A program made the position numbers and the translations under genes. This document shows positions 39,640-48,767 of a DNA stretch of 64,000 nt, piece by piece (positions within the stretch are counted from its first letter, which is position 1; every line of letters begins with the position of its first letter). Source of the DNA: Bacteriovoracaceae bacterium (GTDB lineage Bacteria > Bdellovibrionota > Bacteriovoracia > Bacteriovoracales > Bacteriovoracaceae); the NCBI GenBank assembly GCA_965217035.1, contig OZ244226.1, forward strand, positions 2,648,146-2,712,145, given 5' to 3'. The notes under the pieces were generated by a model. The model searched no databases, was not told where the DNA came from, and worked only from the letters and a program-made list of their open reading frames with translations.

Positions 39640-40820
39640 AAAAGCCTCAATCAGTTTTAATTACCTTGTGACATTTTTGTTGAACTTTTTATTACATTTT
39701 GCAAATTTATAACGATTACGACTAGAAGTTATCTTGAGCCAAAAACTGCACTTTTTACCTCTTGTTAGTTCCAGAATTCCTTCATCGGAATGAAAAATAA
39801 CTGGATAAGGACCCAGCTCACCTCGAAACCTGTTGTGTTCGAAAATCGAGTGAGAAAACTTAAGGTTACCATTTTCATCCTTTTCTTTGTAAAGTGTATA
39901 ATCAACTCTTGTGCGCCAATCTCCATTTTTTTCAAAACGAAAAAGGCCAGTGGTTATATCTTCTACTTTAAAAGTTCCTTTCGCATTTTTCGAATTAATA
40001 ACTATATTATTTTCTAGGATAGTCTCATTAGGTTCTTCTTCACTGAAATTATTCTTCAGTGATATTAGTTTTTCATCATTCTTATAATCATTCTTTCTGT
40101 CGATCTGTCTATCTGTTGGAGCATGAATCTTGTGTTTCTTAACTGCAAAAACCCAAATCATACCTAGAAAACCGGCTAGTCCTGCAAGTACTCCAAGTCC
40201 AAATAAGGCCATAGCTAAAATACCACCACCAAAAAGCGCGATTGTGACAAGAATCCATACGACTTTATTAACAGTAACACTGGCTATATCTCGATCACTT
40301 TGTTTTGATTTATTTTTTTTTGCCATTAAAAAGAGAGCATCGACAATATCTCCATCTTTGACTGATTGAAGAAGACCTTCAAGATATTCTTTATAACTTT
40401 TAGAAGCATTTATTCTTTCAGTTGCTTTCAGTTTTATTTCTGCATAGACTTTAGGATGATTAACTTGTCTCTTTTTTAAAAAGTGGTTAAATTCTTTTGG
40501 CGATGCAAAAACATTCTCTGGCTCAATGAGCTTTTTATAGAATTTTTTTCTTTTTCTAGGTTTTCGGAGAAGTCTTTGAATGAACTTGCCTTCAATATTT
40601 TGGCTGCGTGATAGTTTTCTCTTTATTCTTTTCAAGGCCCTATCTTTATTTGTAGGCCTTTTCTCTTCTCTTTCAATGAGCTTATTTAAGCGCTTAACGA
40701 TTTTATTTTTATAAATATCCACTTCCTCACTATCAACCTCAGCTTTTTGATTTTGATCAATGAGTTTTTCCATTGTTTCTAATTCTGCATTTAATTCTTC
40801 TAACTCCATCGCGATAGAGT
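38990..40820. repeat. Near-identical ~590 bp direct repeat (about 38990-39580 and 40230-40820)
   Basis: Long identical nucleotide stretches encoding MELEELNAELE...RDIASVTVNKV in both genes. Confidence 0.85.
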
Positions 40821-40881
40821 AATGGGAAAAAGAAAGTGTGAAGGAGATGATAAATGAGAGCGCAATTTTACCTAGATTCAT
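39661..40881 (-). CDS. Orphan secreted/membrane protein, paralog family C, copy 2
   Basis: Nearly identical to copy 1 over the N-terminal ~245 aa, divergent C-terminal domain. Confidence 0.8.
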   Translation of the reverse strand: MNLGKIALSFIISFTLSFSHYSIAMELEELNAELETMEKLIDQNQKAEVDSEEVDIYKNKIVKRLNKLIEREEKRPTNKDRALKRIKRKLSRSQNIEGKFIQRLLRKPRKRKKFYKKLIEPENVFASPKEFNHFLKKRQVNHPKVYAEIKLKATERINASKSYKEYLEGLLQSVKDGDIVDALFLMAKKNKSKQSDRDIASVTVNKVVWILVTIALFGGGILAMALFGLGVLAGLAGFLGMIWVFAVKKHKIHAPTDRQIDRKNDYKNDEKLISLKNNFSEEEPNETILENNIVINSKNAKGTFKVEDITTGLFRFEKNGDWRTRVDYTLYKEKDENGNLKFSHSIFEHNRFRGELGPYPVIFHSDEGILELTRGKKCSFWLKITSSRNRYKFAKCNKKFNKNVTR

Positions 40882-40938
40882 AATTACTCTGGTTTGATGG
40901 TTATTGAGCTCTTTGTCGGTTTTTTGGAAGGAATAATT

Positions 40939-40970
40939 AAAAAAAGCCGCTGACTCCTGTCAACGGCTTC
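40939..40970 (-). terminator. Rho-independent terminator
   Basis: Minus strand AAGCCGTTGAC-AGGA-GTCAGCGGC followed by T7. Confidence 0.8.
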
Positions 40971-40986
40971 TTGTATTTTCAATGAC

Positions 40987-41832
40987 TTAGTAACAACCAG
41001 TTCTGCCTTGAAGTTCGTCACTAATTGATTTTGTCCAATTGTAAACATGGTCTACGAAAGCTGGTTCTGACATCCAATGGGCTCCACTCAAGTATTGAGC
41101 GATTTCAGAATTAATGCTATCGAGATCAGCGTAGAGACAAGGCTGAGCATTGAGATAACCAGAGTTTCTAATATCCGTAAGACTATTCTGAGTTAATTGT
41201 AACATGGCCTTGAAGTAAACCGCAGAGTTTCCAATAGGTACTGCGTTATCATATTTATCGCTAACGATAAGACTTGTATTTGCAAGAGCGATTTGATCTC
41301 CCGCAAGATTTAAAAGTTCAATCGCAAATTGATCATGAATATTTTCATCAGCATAACCTGTATTTGGATTAAAGAATTTTAAATCAATAACTTCAATCGA
41401 ATCGACCACAAATTTGTAATAATCAAGCATGATTCTGTTAACAGTTCTTTGTGAGTAGTTCGTTATGGCTCCTCTCAAAGTTGCAGCAAGACCGATTCCA
41501 CGATTGATAACTTTCTGTGAAAGTGGTGTGATACCGTTAAAACTTCTTCCACGAGCTTGACTAAGGCCTCTTACAAGAACATCTGTCGACTGAGCAAAAT
41601 GCCCCATTCTTGCAAGATAATTTGCTTGAGCCTTGGATCGATTGAGGATCGCAATAGCTTGGTTGCACCATTGGTGAACCGGATTTACGAGAACAGGTCC
41701 TCCTGTGATAACTGTGACAGGTGCTTGTGTCACAACTGTGACAGGTTGTGGAGTTGTGATGACTTGAGAAAAACTCTGAGTCGCTCCTAGAGTGGCCGAA
41801 GCCAAAAGTGTAAACGCTACTAATTTTTTCAT
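40987..41832 (-). CDS. Orphan secreted helical protein, family B
   Basis: Signal peptide, Thr/Pro/Val linker, WC...NRG...C...GCY; GAGG RBS. Confidence 0.8.
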   Translation of the reverse strand: MKKLVAFTLLASATLGATQSFSQVITTPQPVTVVTQAPVTVITGGPVLVNPVHQWCNQAIAILNRSKAQANYLARMGHFAQSTDVLVRGLSQARGRSFNGITPLSQKVINRGIGLAATLRGAITNYSQRTVNRIMLDYYKFVVDSIEVIDLKFFNPNTGYADENIHDQFAIELLNLAGDQIALANTSLIVSDKYDNAVPIGNSAVYFKAMLQLTQNSLTDIRNSGYLNAQPCLYADLDSINSEIAQYLSGAHWMSEPAFVDHVYNWTKSISDELQGRTGCY

Positions 41833-41864
41833 TTTTACCTCTCCGTTGGTAGTGTTTATTTGGT

Positions 41865-42839
41865 TTAGTTACATCCTTTATCTTTTATTATAGAATGAAT
41901 AATGTTTGAGGCATCATTAACAAAAGTATAAAGTCGTTTAGTATCTTTTGATTTATCACTCACTCGCTCATATAAGTACTCTTGTATATCGAGAGTGAGA
42001 AATTCAAGTCTCGTTATCTGACAGCTATAAGCTTTGTCAAAGAGTGAATCTTTAAGATCTTTAGCAGCTTCAGTTGCAAGATATCCAAGGCCTTTTAGAG
42101 TTTTCTCTATTTCAATATTTGAGCCAAATCCAGGTCTGTCTGCGAGCTGGTAAGTAAACGTATTTGTCCAAAATTCAATCTGAGACGTTGCATATTTAAC
42201 AAATAGTCTTTCAAAATCAGTATCAATCGAATTATAAGTTGGAGCTGGGCAGTTTAAGCAATAGTTATTTTCGTAAAATTGAAAGTAATAGTTCTTATCA
42301 ATATCTGTTGTAACCTGTTTAAGGAATTTGTAATAGCCTTCATAAAAGTTGAAGATTTCATCGATCTTTTTAGGTTGTCTCTCTGGATCAAGAAGAGTCT
42401 CACCGCTTAGAATTTTATGAACGCCAAGCTTGTGAGCTAGTTCATTTCCCCTTATAAGGGCTCTATAAGTAATCGAACTTTCAATGCTGACAAGAGGGTG
42501 ACTCACATTGATTGCAGCAATAATCCCTTCGTAAAAAAGTCTATATGACTTGATATAGTTACTATCTTCATTAAAAGCTCTTCGAGCTTTACGAAGTGCT
42601 CGATCTAGCGTGATAGAGGCTGTGTCGCACCAGAGACTGAGATCACTAACGATATCTCCTCCTCCAATACCACTTCCGCTACTATAAGACCCTTGGGGCT
42701 TTAAGCGAACTTCAAACGATTTTCCTGTTTGAGATTTTTTGTTAATGAATTGATCCATCTTGATTTCTTGAGCAAGCGAGCTTATCGAACAAGTAATCAT
42801 AATTCCCATTAAAAAATTTTTCACAATTGTCTCCTTCAT
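41865..42839 (-). CDS. Orphan secreted helical protein, family B
   Basis: Signal peptide, GSGIGGGD, WC...IRG...YYKF...C...GCN; paralog of 40987-41832. Confidence 0.8.
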   Translation of the reverse strand: MKETIVKNFLMGIMITCSISSLAQEIKMDQFINKKSQTGKSFEVRLKPQGSYSSGSGIGGGDIVSDLSLWCDTASITLDRALRKARRAFNEDSNYIKSYRLFYEGIIAAINVSHPLVSIESSITYRALIRGNELAHKLGVHKILSGETLLDPERQPKKIDEIFNFYEGYYKFLKQVTTDIDKNYYFQFYENNYCLNCPAPTYNSIDTDFERLFVKYATSQIEFWTNTFTYQLADRPGFGSNIEIEKTLKGLGYLATEAAKDLKDSLFDKAYSCQITRLEFLTLDIQEYLYERVSDKSKDTKRLYTFVNDASNIIHSIIKDKGCN

Positions 42840-42843
42840 ATAT

Positions 42844-43740
42844 CTATTCTGTTAACTGTATTAACTGCATTCCAAGTTGCATAACTGCATCTGGATCATC
42901 ATTTTTTTCGTTGGCGTATTTACTAAGAGTTGTGCTTACAAATTCTTCCATGTCTGTTCTTAATTTTTCGAAATTCTTTTGACTACAGCAAAGAGTAATT
43001 AATTGAGCTCCTCTTTTCTCATAAGGATCATTAATAAGAGCTTCTTTTGCAAAGTCAGTGAAACGAGCATGGAGCTGAGTTGAGTTTTTAAAATTATTTT
43101 CATCACTATTAAATCTTACAATTGGCTCACTTGTTACAAGCTTTCCATCTTTGTTACGAGTGATGAGTCCAAGGTTTTGTAGATCTTGAATCCCTTTTCC
43201 TGCTTCCTCTGCAGTCATTCTTCCTTTGAACTTTTTTGCAATCCATTGATTGTCTTCCTTGAAACCCACCAAATTGACGACTTCTCGAAGGGCGATGAGA
43301 GACCACTGGGTAACATAGCGGTATTGGCTTTCTAAAATCTGTAGGGGTTCAGAGTTTTCGCCAATTGCTGATACTTGAAGTCTTTGAAAATAAAAAGTTT
43401 TTTCTTCCTCGCTTTTTGCTTGATTGAAAAAGACTAAGTTTTCAAAGTACATTGTCTCTTTGGGGGAGAGCTTGAGTGCTTTTGAAAAACCATAGATGGT
43501 CTTTGCGGTGAGATTCCTTTTCCCTTTCATGAGAAGGCCAAAATATCCTCTTGAATTCTTCCCAAACCCAGCAGCTTGGATGAAGGCGCTTTCTGAATAA
43601 GCTGGGTTGGCTGACTTCTTGTTCATGTAGGCGGCTTTAAGGAATTGCCTGTAATCTAAGTAGTCGTAGATGCTAGGCTTCTCTAAAGTTCTCTCAACAT
43701 TCTTCGATAAAGAGTCGTCAATGTGGGTGTCCGTGTTCAT
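42844..43740 (-). CDS. TIGR02147/DUF4423 family putative DNA-binding protein
   Basis: YLDYRQFLK, KGKRNL, YFENLVFFNQA, W...ALRE, L..LGLI, QL.MQL.QL. Confidence 0.85.
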   Translation of the reverse strand: MNTDTHIDDSLSKNVERTLEKPSIYDYLDYRQFLKAAYMNKKSANPAYSESAFIQAAGFGKNSRGYFGLLMKGKRNLTAKTIYGFSKALKLSPKETMYFENLVFFNQAKSEEEKTFYFQRLQVSAIGENSEPLQILESQYRYVTQWSLIALREVVNLVGFKEDNQWIAKKFKGRMTAEEAGKGIQDLQNLGLITRNKDGKLVTSEPIVRFNSDENNFKNSTQLHARFTDFAKEALINDPYEKRGAQLITLCCSQKNFEKLRTDMEEFVSTTLSKYANEKNDDPDAVMQLGMQLIQLTE

Positions 43741-43890
43741 AAAAAACTTTTCCCTGGTTTTTATTGTTCGATAAGGTTATACAGTGGGTGCTGACTAAAA
43801 TGAATACAGTTGTAAAAAATATAGGCACAAAGTGCTTCGTTCAGTCAGCAGCGCTTGTGCTTGAAATTTTATGACATATAATAGAGAGAG

Positions 43891-44967
43891 ATGTTTAGGT
43901 TATTGTTTCTCATATTCTTTATAGCCTCTCCTTGCTTGTCTCAGGCGAGTTATAAACATTTAGATTCTCAAGACCTTTATGATTTAAAAATAAGTACTGA
44001 CTTAGATATAGATAAAAAAGTTGGAAGCGAATATCTGTCTAGACTTATAAAACATATCAATAAAAAGTTTATTCCTAGAATGCCCCAAAAGCTTATTAAA
44101 CCGCTAAAAGAACAAAGAATAATTTTTGCGATTGATTCGAGAAGTGCTTTTGATGGAATGTTTTATCCACCTGGAACACATGCTTTAAATCATGGATCAA
44201 AAGATATTGTCATCATTCTAAGTTCTTATAATTGGAGTCATCCCAAAATTGAAAAGCTTATCACTCATGAACTTTTTCATGCTGTTCACGACTTTGCTGC
44301 TCCTAATGAAGAATCCTGGGTAAGAGAAGGTCTTGCCCAATTTATGGAATACCTCATTCACGGTATTCCGAATAAGGCTAATATCGAATCGGCCTTTCAA
44401 AGCTCTACAACGAGTTTAATTGGAGACTTCGTTCTTAAAAAGGCTGATAAAGAACAATATGGGCATAGCTTTCTTTTTTTCTATTACCTTTATACTCAAT
44501 GTGGTGGAGAAGCAGTTATCTGGGAAGTCGTTTCAGCAGGTGATAGAAAGGGGATAGGGAGTGTAAATAAGGCCCTTTTAAAGAATAAAAGTGTTAAGAA
44601 ACACTGTAAAGACTTTAAACAGCTTGCTTTAAAATTTGAATTGGCCAGGATTCTTAATTCTCCTCGACCAGGTCATGAGTATGAACTTTGGGACACTTTT
44701 TCAGATTTACCAGTGAATGAGTTCCTTGGAAAAAAACTAAACTCTTCTTCGCAAGAGATTCGTCGACAGTTTTTTCAAAAACTAAAGCCTTATCTTCCAG
44801 TGATTCTTCCAATAGGTAATTTAAGGCACGTAAGAGTTGCTTTAAAGGCAAATAAGAAACTAAGGGCCTATCAAGTGTCTAAGCAGAAATTGAAGATTGA
44901 ACCTTTCCTAGAAAAATCAGACCCTCTTCCACGAGCTTCTTTTTTCATCCTTATTAAAGAGGACTAA
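43891..44967 (+). CDS. Secreted gluzincin-type metallopeptidase
   Basis: Signal peptide, HELFH, WVREGLA third ligand, YGHSFLFF.YL. Confidence 0.75.
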   Translation: MFRLLFLIFFIASPCLSQASYKHLDSQDLYDLKISTDLDIDKKVGSEYLSRLIKHINKKFIPRMPQKLIKPLKEQRIIFAIDSRSAFDGMFYPPGTHALNHGSKDIVIILSSYNWSHPKIEKLITHELFHAVHDFAAPNEESWVREGLAQFMEYLIHGIPNKANIESAFQSSTTSLIGDFVLKKADKEQYGHSFLFFYYLYTQCGGEAVIWEVVSAGDRKGIGSVNKALLKNKSVKKHCKDFKQLALKFELARILNSPRPGHEYELWDTFSDLPVNEFLGKKLNSSSQEIRRQFFQKLKPYLPVILPIGNLRHVRVALKANKKLRAYQVSKQKLKIEPFLEKSDPLPRASFFILIKED

Positions 44968-45133
44968 GTAATAAATTCACCTTTCTTAGAGTGCTGACAA
45001 CTGCTGACAGAAGTTATCTGTTTCTAGTCTGTATTATTTTCAAATCTATATTTTTGAGTCATCAAGTGCGGTAAATTATTTTCACTTAATCAAAGGCTAC
45101 GGAAGTCACACAGAAAGATCCTGAGGAGGGAAT

Positions 45134-45928
45134 ATGAAATCTTTGTTTTTAGCTCTTATGCTTTTTTCAAGTTTTGGAGCTTTAGCGAATTTAGAAGAAG
45201 GAGTTTATAAAGGTAAGATTGGTCGAAAAACAAATGCTCGCCTTTACATACAGGATTATCCAGGAAGAGTTGGGAGCTATCTTGGAATCATCATGAGTGA
45301 GAATGAAGTTACACATTTTTACCTCATCGATCCAAGAGATGAAGATGGAAACAAATACGGAATGGTTCCTATTAATGCTATGAAGAACGCAGTTATCGGA
45401 ATGGAGAGCGCAATCCCGTCCTTATCACTTTCAAAAACATATAGAAAATCAAGAAGAATTATACGAATCACTCCAAATGGAAGTCAGGATGGAAAAGTTA
45501 AGAATACGAGAGGATTTCGAGCAGAAATGAGCTTTGATCTTGATAGAGAAATTTCAAAAAGATCTCTTCTTGTCCCAAGCATTCCGGGCTCTTATAAAGT
45601 TCATTCTTCTGGAGTTCATAGCTCACTTAAAAGAACTTATAAAAGAATGGAAGCAACAGTTTCAATGCAGGGAAGAACGACTCATCAGTCAGGACTTCAG
45701 TTCGATAGAGCTGGAAAACTTGCGGGTGACTATGTTCTTAGAGAAGTCAGACCATCTCTTCATCTTCCATTAAGAAGTTATATGACTGAGAGTATTGAAA
45801 AAGTCGCTCAAGACTCTGGTTTTGTTACTTTTTTCTTACAAAGAAGATCCCTCTTTGGAACTGGGAACTATATGGTTCTAGTTAAGGCTGATGGTTCAGG
45901 ACAAACAATTACACTTAAACAAAGATAA
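45134..45928 (+). CDS. Orphan secreted beta-rich protein, family A, copy 1
   Basis: Signal peptide, EGVYKG, GSYLGII, YLI.P, YGM.P; GAGGAGG RBS. Confidence 0.8.
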   Translation: MKSLFLALMLFSSFGALANLEEGVYKGKIGRKTNARLYIQDYPGRVGSYLGIIMSENEVTHFYLIDPRDEDGNKYGMVPINAMKNAVIGMESAIPSLSLSKTYRKSRRIIRITPNGSQDGKVKNTRGFRAEMSFDLDREISKRSLLVPSIPGSYKVHSSGVHSSLKRTYKRMEATVSMQGRTTHQSGLQFDRAGKLAGDYVLREVRPSLHLPLRSYMTESIEKVAQDSGFVTFFLQRRSLFGTGNYMVLVKADGSGQTITLKQR

Positions 45929-45963
45929 TAAAGAAACTAATTAGACAAAAAAGGAATTTAAAA

Positions 45964-46788
45964 ATGAAAATGACAAATCTATTAAAAATGATGGTTCTGG
46001 CTGGTTTCTGGATAGGATCGTCGGCAATGGCACAGCAGCAGCTTCCTAAGCTTACTCAACCATTAGAGCTTCAATCAGGAGCCTATGCGGAAGGAACGAA
46101 TACGCAACTTACTTTGGAAGAGATTCAAACTATTCAGCCTTGGGCAACTAATGCCAAGAAAGATATTGATGAAGCTCTTGAAGATGCTAAGAATATGCCA
46201 ATTGTTAAAAGAGTAACATTCTTAACAAATGAGATAAAATCAATTGTTTCTGAATCTGGTGGAAAGAAATATCAAATGCTTATGAGATATGCTCTTAATA
46301 GAGGAATGCTTCTTGTCGATATGATTGATCAAGAATCAAGTAATTACTCAGCAAGACCAACAGGTGTTCTTGAGAACAAGCTTGATATTCTTGAAAGAAC
46401 GATGCAAGTTGCGAAAAAATTCTGGGAAGATGATCTTGCTTATGAAAATAGAGTCGCTTCTGGAGATCGTTCAAATAGAAATGATTATGAAAAGTTTGGT
46501 ATTATTCTTGGGCGAGAACTTATTCAAGCGGCTAAGAATATCTTTGATGTTTCCGCTCAGTATAGAGTTCTTTATAAGGCATTTGAAATGATGGCCTGGG
46601 ACCTTTACCAAAGTGCTAAAAGAGATGAGAATGCTCGCCTTATCACTCTTATTGACAAGAATCTTAAAAGGCTTGGAAATGGGACAGCTTCTTTTGACGA
46701 TACTGTTAATGTTGATAATGTAAGACAACTTAAACGTCTTCTTGAGAAAGTTGAAGCTGAATCAATCTACAAAAAGAAATTCAAGTAA
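45964..46788 (+). CDS. Orphan secreted helical protein, family B
   Basis: Signal peptide, YAEGT, IVSES, MRYALNRG, FEMMAWDL. Confidence 0.8.
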   Translation: MKMTNLLKMMVLAGFWIGSSAMAQQQLPKLTQPLELQSGAYAEGTNTQLTLEEIQTIQPWATNAKKDIDEALEDAKNMPIVKRVTFLTNEIKSIVSESGGKKYQMLMRYALNRGMLLVDMIDQESSNYSARPTGVLENKLDILERTMQVAKKFWEDDLAYENRVASGDRSNRNDYEKFGIILGRELIQAAKNIFDVSAQYRVLYKAFEMMAWDLYQSAKRDENARLITLIDKNLKRLGNGTASFDDTVNVDNVRQLKRLLEKVEAESIYKKKFK

Positions 46789-46804
46789 ATAGTCATTAAC
46801 TCTG

Positions 46805-46832
46805 GGTCTGACTGAAAAGTCAGACCTTTTTT
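46805..46832 (+). terminator. Rho-independent terminator
   Basis: GGTCTGACT-GAAA-AGTCAGACC followed by T6. Confidence 0.85.
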
Positions 46833-46839
46833 GGTGTAT

Positions 46840-47541
46840 ATGAAATTAATAGCCTTCATTTTATTTTCATTGATTTCTTTTAGCTCGTTCGCAAATATTT
46901 TAAGCGAAGGAGTTTTTAGAGGTTCTAATGATCGAGGCGAGCGTCTTGAAATCTTTATTCATAAGACAATAGAGAGAGAAGGTAGCTTTCTTGGTATTAT
47001 TTTTAAACGAAGTACAATGCAAGCTTTTTCTTATCTGATTCAACCTTATGATAGCGGACGTTATGGAATGACACCTCTTCTTATTACTGAGGAAGGGATG
47101 CTAAGTCAGATCAATCAAAAACCAGCACTAAGTCTTAAAGTTAATGCTGGAAGAATCACAATAAATCCAAACAATGGAATGAATAAAATTGGTTTCAATT
47201 TTTCAATGAGATTTAGCGGAAAAAAAAGAAATTCTAAATTTCATGATTCTATCAAAGAAGGGTTTTACATTAGTAAAGATAAGAAGAAAGAGCATACTGT
47301 TGATGTTGTTTATGATAATGATTCTTTTATTGAAGCAGTAAGTAGTAAGTTTGGAACTCTGAATTTATATCATGTGACTTCCGGACTTTATGTCGCTTTA
47401 AATTACGTTTATACAGCGGGCGGGACAATAGAAGAAAATGCAGACACGCTTTATGCCATTTCAATAAAAGAAAAAAAAAGAGATCGAATCTTATTTATTA
47501 ATAATTTTGGCAATGTCCAGGAAGTTAAGAAAGAGAGATGA
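46840..47541 (+). CDS. Orphan secreted beta-rich protein, family A, copy 2
   Basis: Signal peptide, EGVFRG, GSFLGII, YLI.P, YGM.P. Confidence 0.8.
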   Translation: MKLIAFILFSLISFSSFANILSEGVFRGSNDRGERLEIFIHKTIEREGSFLGIIFKRSTMQAFSYLIQPYDSGRYGMTPLLITEEGMLSQINQKPALSLKVNAGRITINPNNGMNKIGFNFSMRFSGKKRNSKFHDSIKEGFYISKDKKKEHTVDVVYDNDSFIEAVSSKFGTLNLYHVTSGLYVALNYVYTAGGTIEENADTLYAISIKEKKRDRILFINNFGNVQEVKKER

Positions 47542-48767
47542 TTATTAGATTTATAATTTTATTTTTAATGAGCTTTCATATTTTCTCTCAAGAAGTGAAA
47601 GTTGAAGGTTATACTGAGGGAACAATTACGAAGTTTTCGGAATATCAGAGAAACGAAATTCAGAGTTGGAAAGCGTCAACCCTACAAAAGCTTTATGAAG
47701 GACTCTCTGAAACGAGTGATATGAGAAAGGTCGATGCTTATGAAAAGCTCGTTGAAATAGCCAAACAAATTGTAAGTGAATCCTTCGGTGAAAAAGAAAG
47801 TTTTATGCGTTTTGCTCTCAATAGAGGTCTTTTTATATCAAACTTAATCACTGAAAAATCTAAAAACTCTCGCGATCAAGCCTTGTATGGTTATCATTTT
47901 ATGAGAAGAGCTTTTAAAGTTGCGATTAAATTTAATAATGATAGTTATACTTTTGAATCAGTAAGAAGCGAAAAGTTTTCTGAATTTGGTTACAATTTTG
48001 CGGAAGAATTTTTAAGGGTTAATGCGAATATCGTCGATCTTGAGTTGAACTTTATGATCTATCATAAAATCTTTGAGATGTTTGCATGGGATCTTTTTCA
48101 AGATAAATCTAATCAAAAATATGCTCGTTTAGTTCTACGGATCACAGATGTTTTAAATGAGCTCAATCCTGAGAAAGGTTTCACTGATTATCAATCAGGG
48201 ATAAGAGAATTAAACCTTCTTAGAGACCGATCATTTGAAAACTTCATGAAAAATGAATATGAAAATTATCTTTTAGATTATAATAAAAAGAACTTTAGAG
48301 AGTTTTATGATAATTTTCGAGTTAGAGGATATTTCACAAATGATACAAGTCGTTCTTATCATTATTCTCAAATCTATGATGGTGATGGTGAGCCGCTTCA
48401 GATCAAGAAAGTTCATGCCTCTCAAATGCGTCTTAGAATTCTTGATAATGAGTCATTGAAAATTATCGTTCGTCCTAAAGGGGGAGGAGATAGACTTATG
48501 AAAGTTTACGGAACAAGTATTGTCCTTGTTCTTTCGAAAAAAGATGGTCTTTTGAGAACTTTTAAAGTGGTTTATGATTCTTCTTATATGAGTGATCTTG
48601 AGCTCGTCGAAATTGGATGTCGATACCGTCTAGAAAAAAGAAAGAAAAACGTGTGGACCTTTGAAAATGTTGGAAAAGTTCATTATAAGGCCCATAAAAA
48701 AAAGAAGTGGGATACCAAAGTTGATATCCTTGAGATTTGTCCTCTGAGCTTTAATTATAAGCTTTGA
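47538..48767 (+). CDS. Orphan secreted protein, family B, with extra C-terminal domain
   Basis: YTEGT, IVSES, MRFALNRG, FEMFAWDL; ATGA overlap with the upstream gene. Confidence 0.8.
   Translation: MIIRFIILFLMSFHIFSQEVKVEGYTEGTITKFSEYQRNEIQSWKASTLQKLYEGLSETSDMRKVDAYEKLVEIAKQIVSESFGEKESFMRFALNRGLFISNLITEKSKNSRDQALYGYHFMRRAFKVAIKFNNDSYTFESVRSEKFSEFGYNFAEEFLRVNANIVDLELNFMIYHKIFEMFAWDLFQDKSNQKYARLVLRITDVLNELNPEKGFTDYQSGIRELNLLRDRSFENFMKNEYENYLLDYNKKNFREFYDNFRVRGYFTNDTSRSYHYSQIYDGDGEPLQIKKVHASQMRLRILDNESLKIIVRPKGGGDRLMKVYGTSIVLVLSKKDGLLRTFKVVYDSSYMSDLELVEIGCRYRLEKRKKNVWTFENVGKVHYKAHKKKKWDTKVDILEICPLSFNYKL

Noticed and set aside
38410..40881. Diversity-generating retroelement behind the paralog variation
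   Set aside because: No reverse transcriptase in the window; the differences include indels and are not restricted to adenines
40905..40940. Sigma28-like -10 boxes (ACCGACA, GCCGATAA) upstream of several secreted-protein genes
   Set aside because: The -35 elements and spacing are inconsistent; needs a trained model
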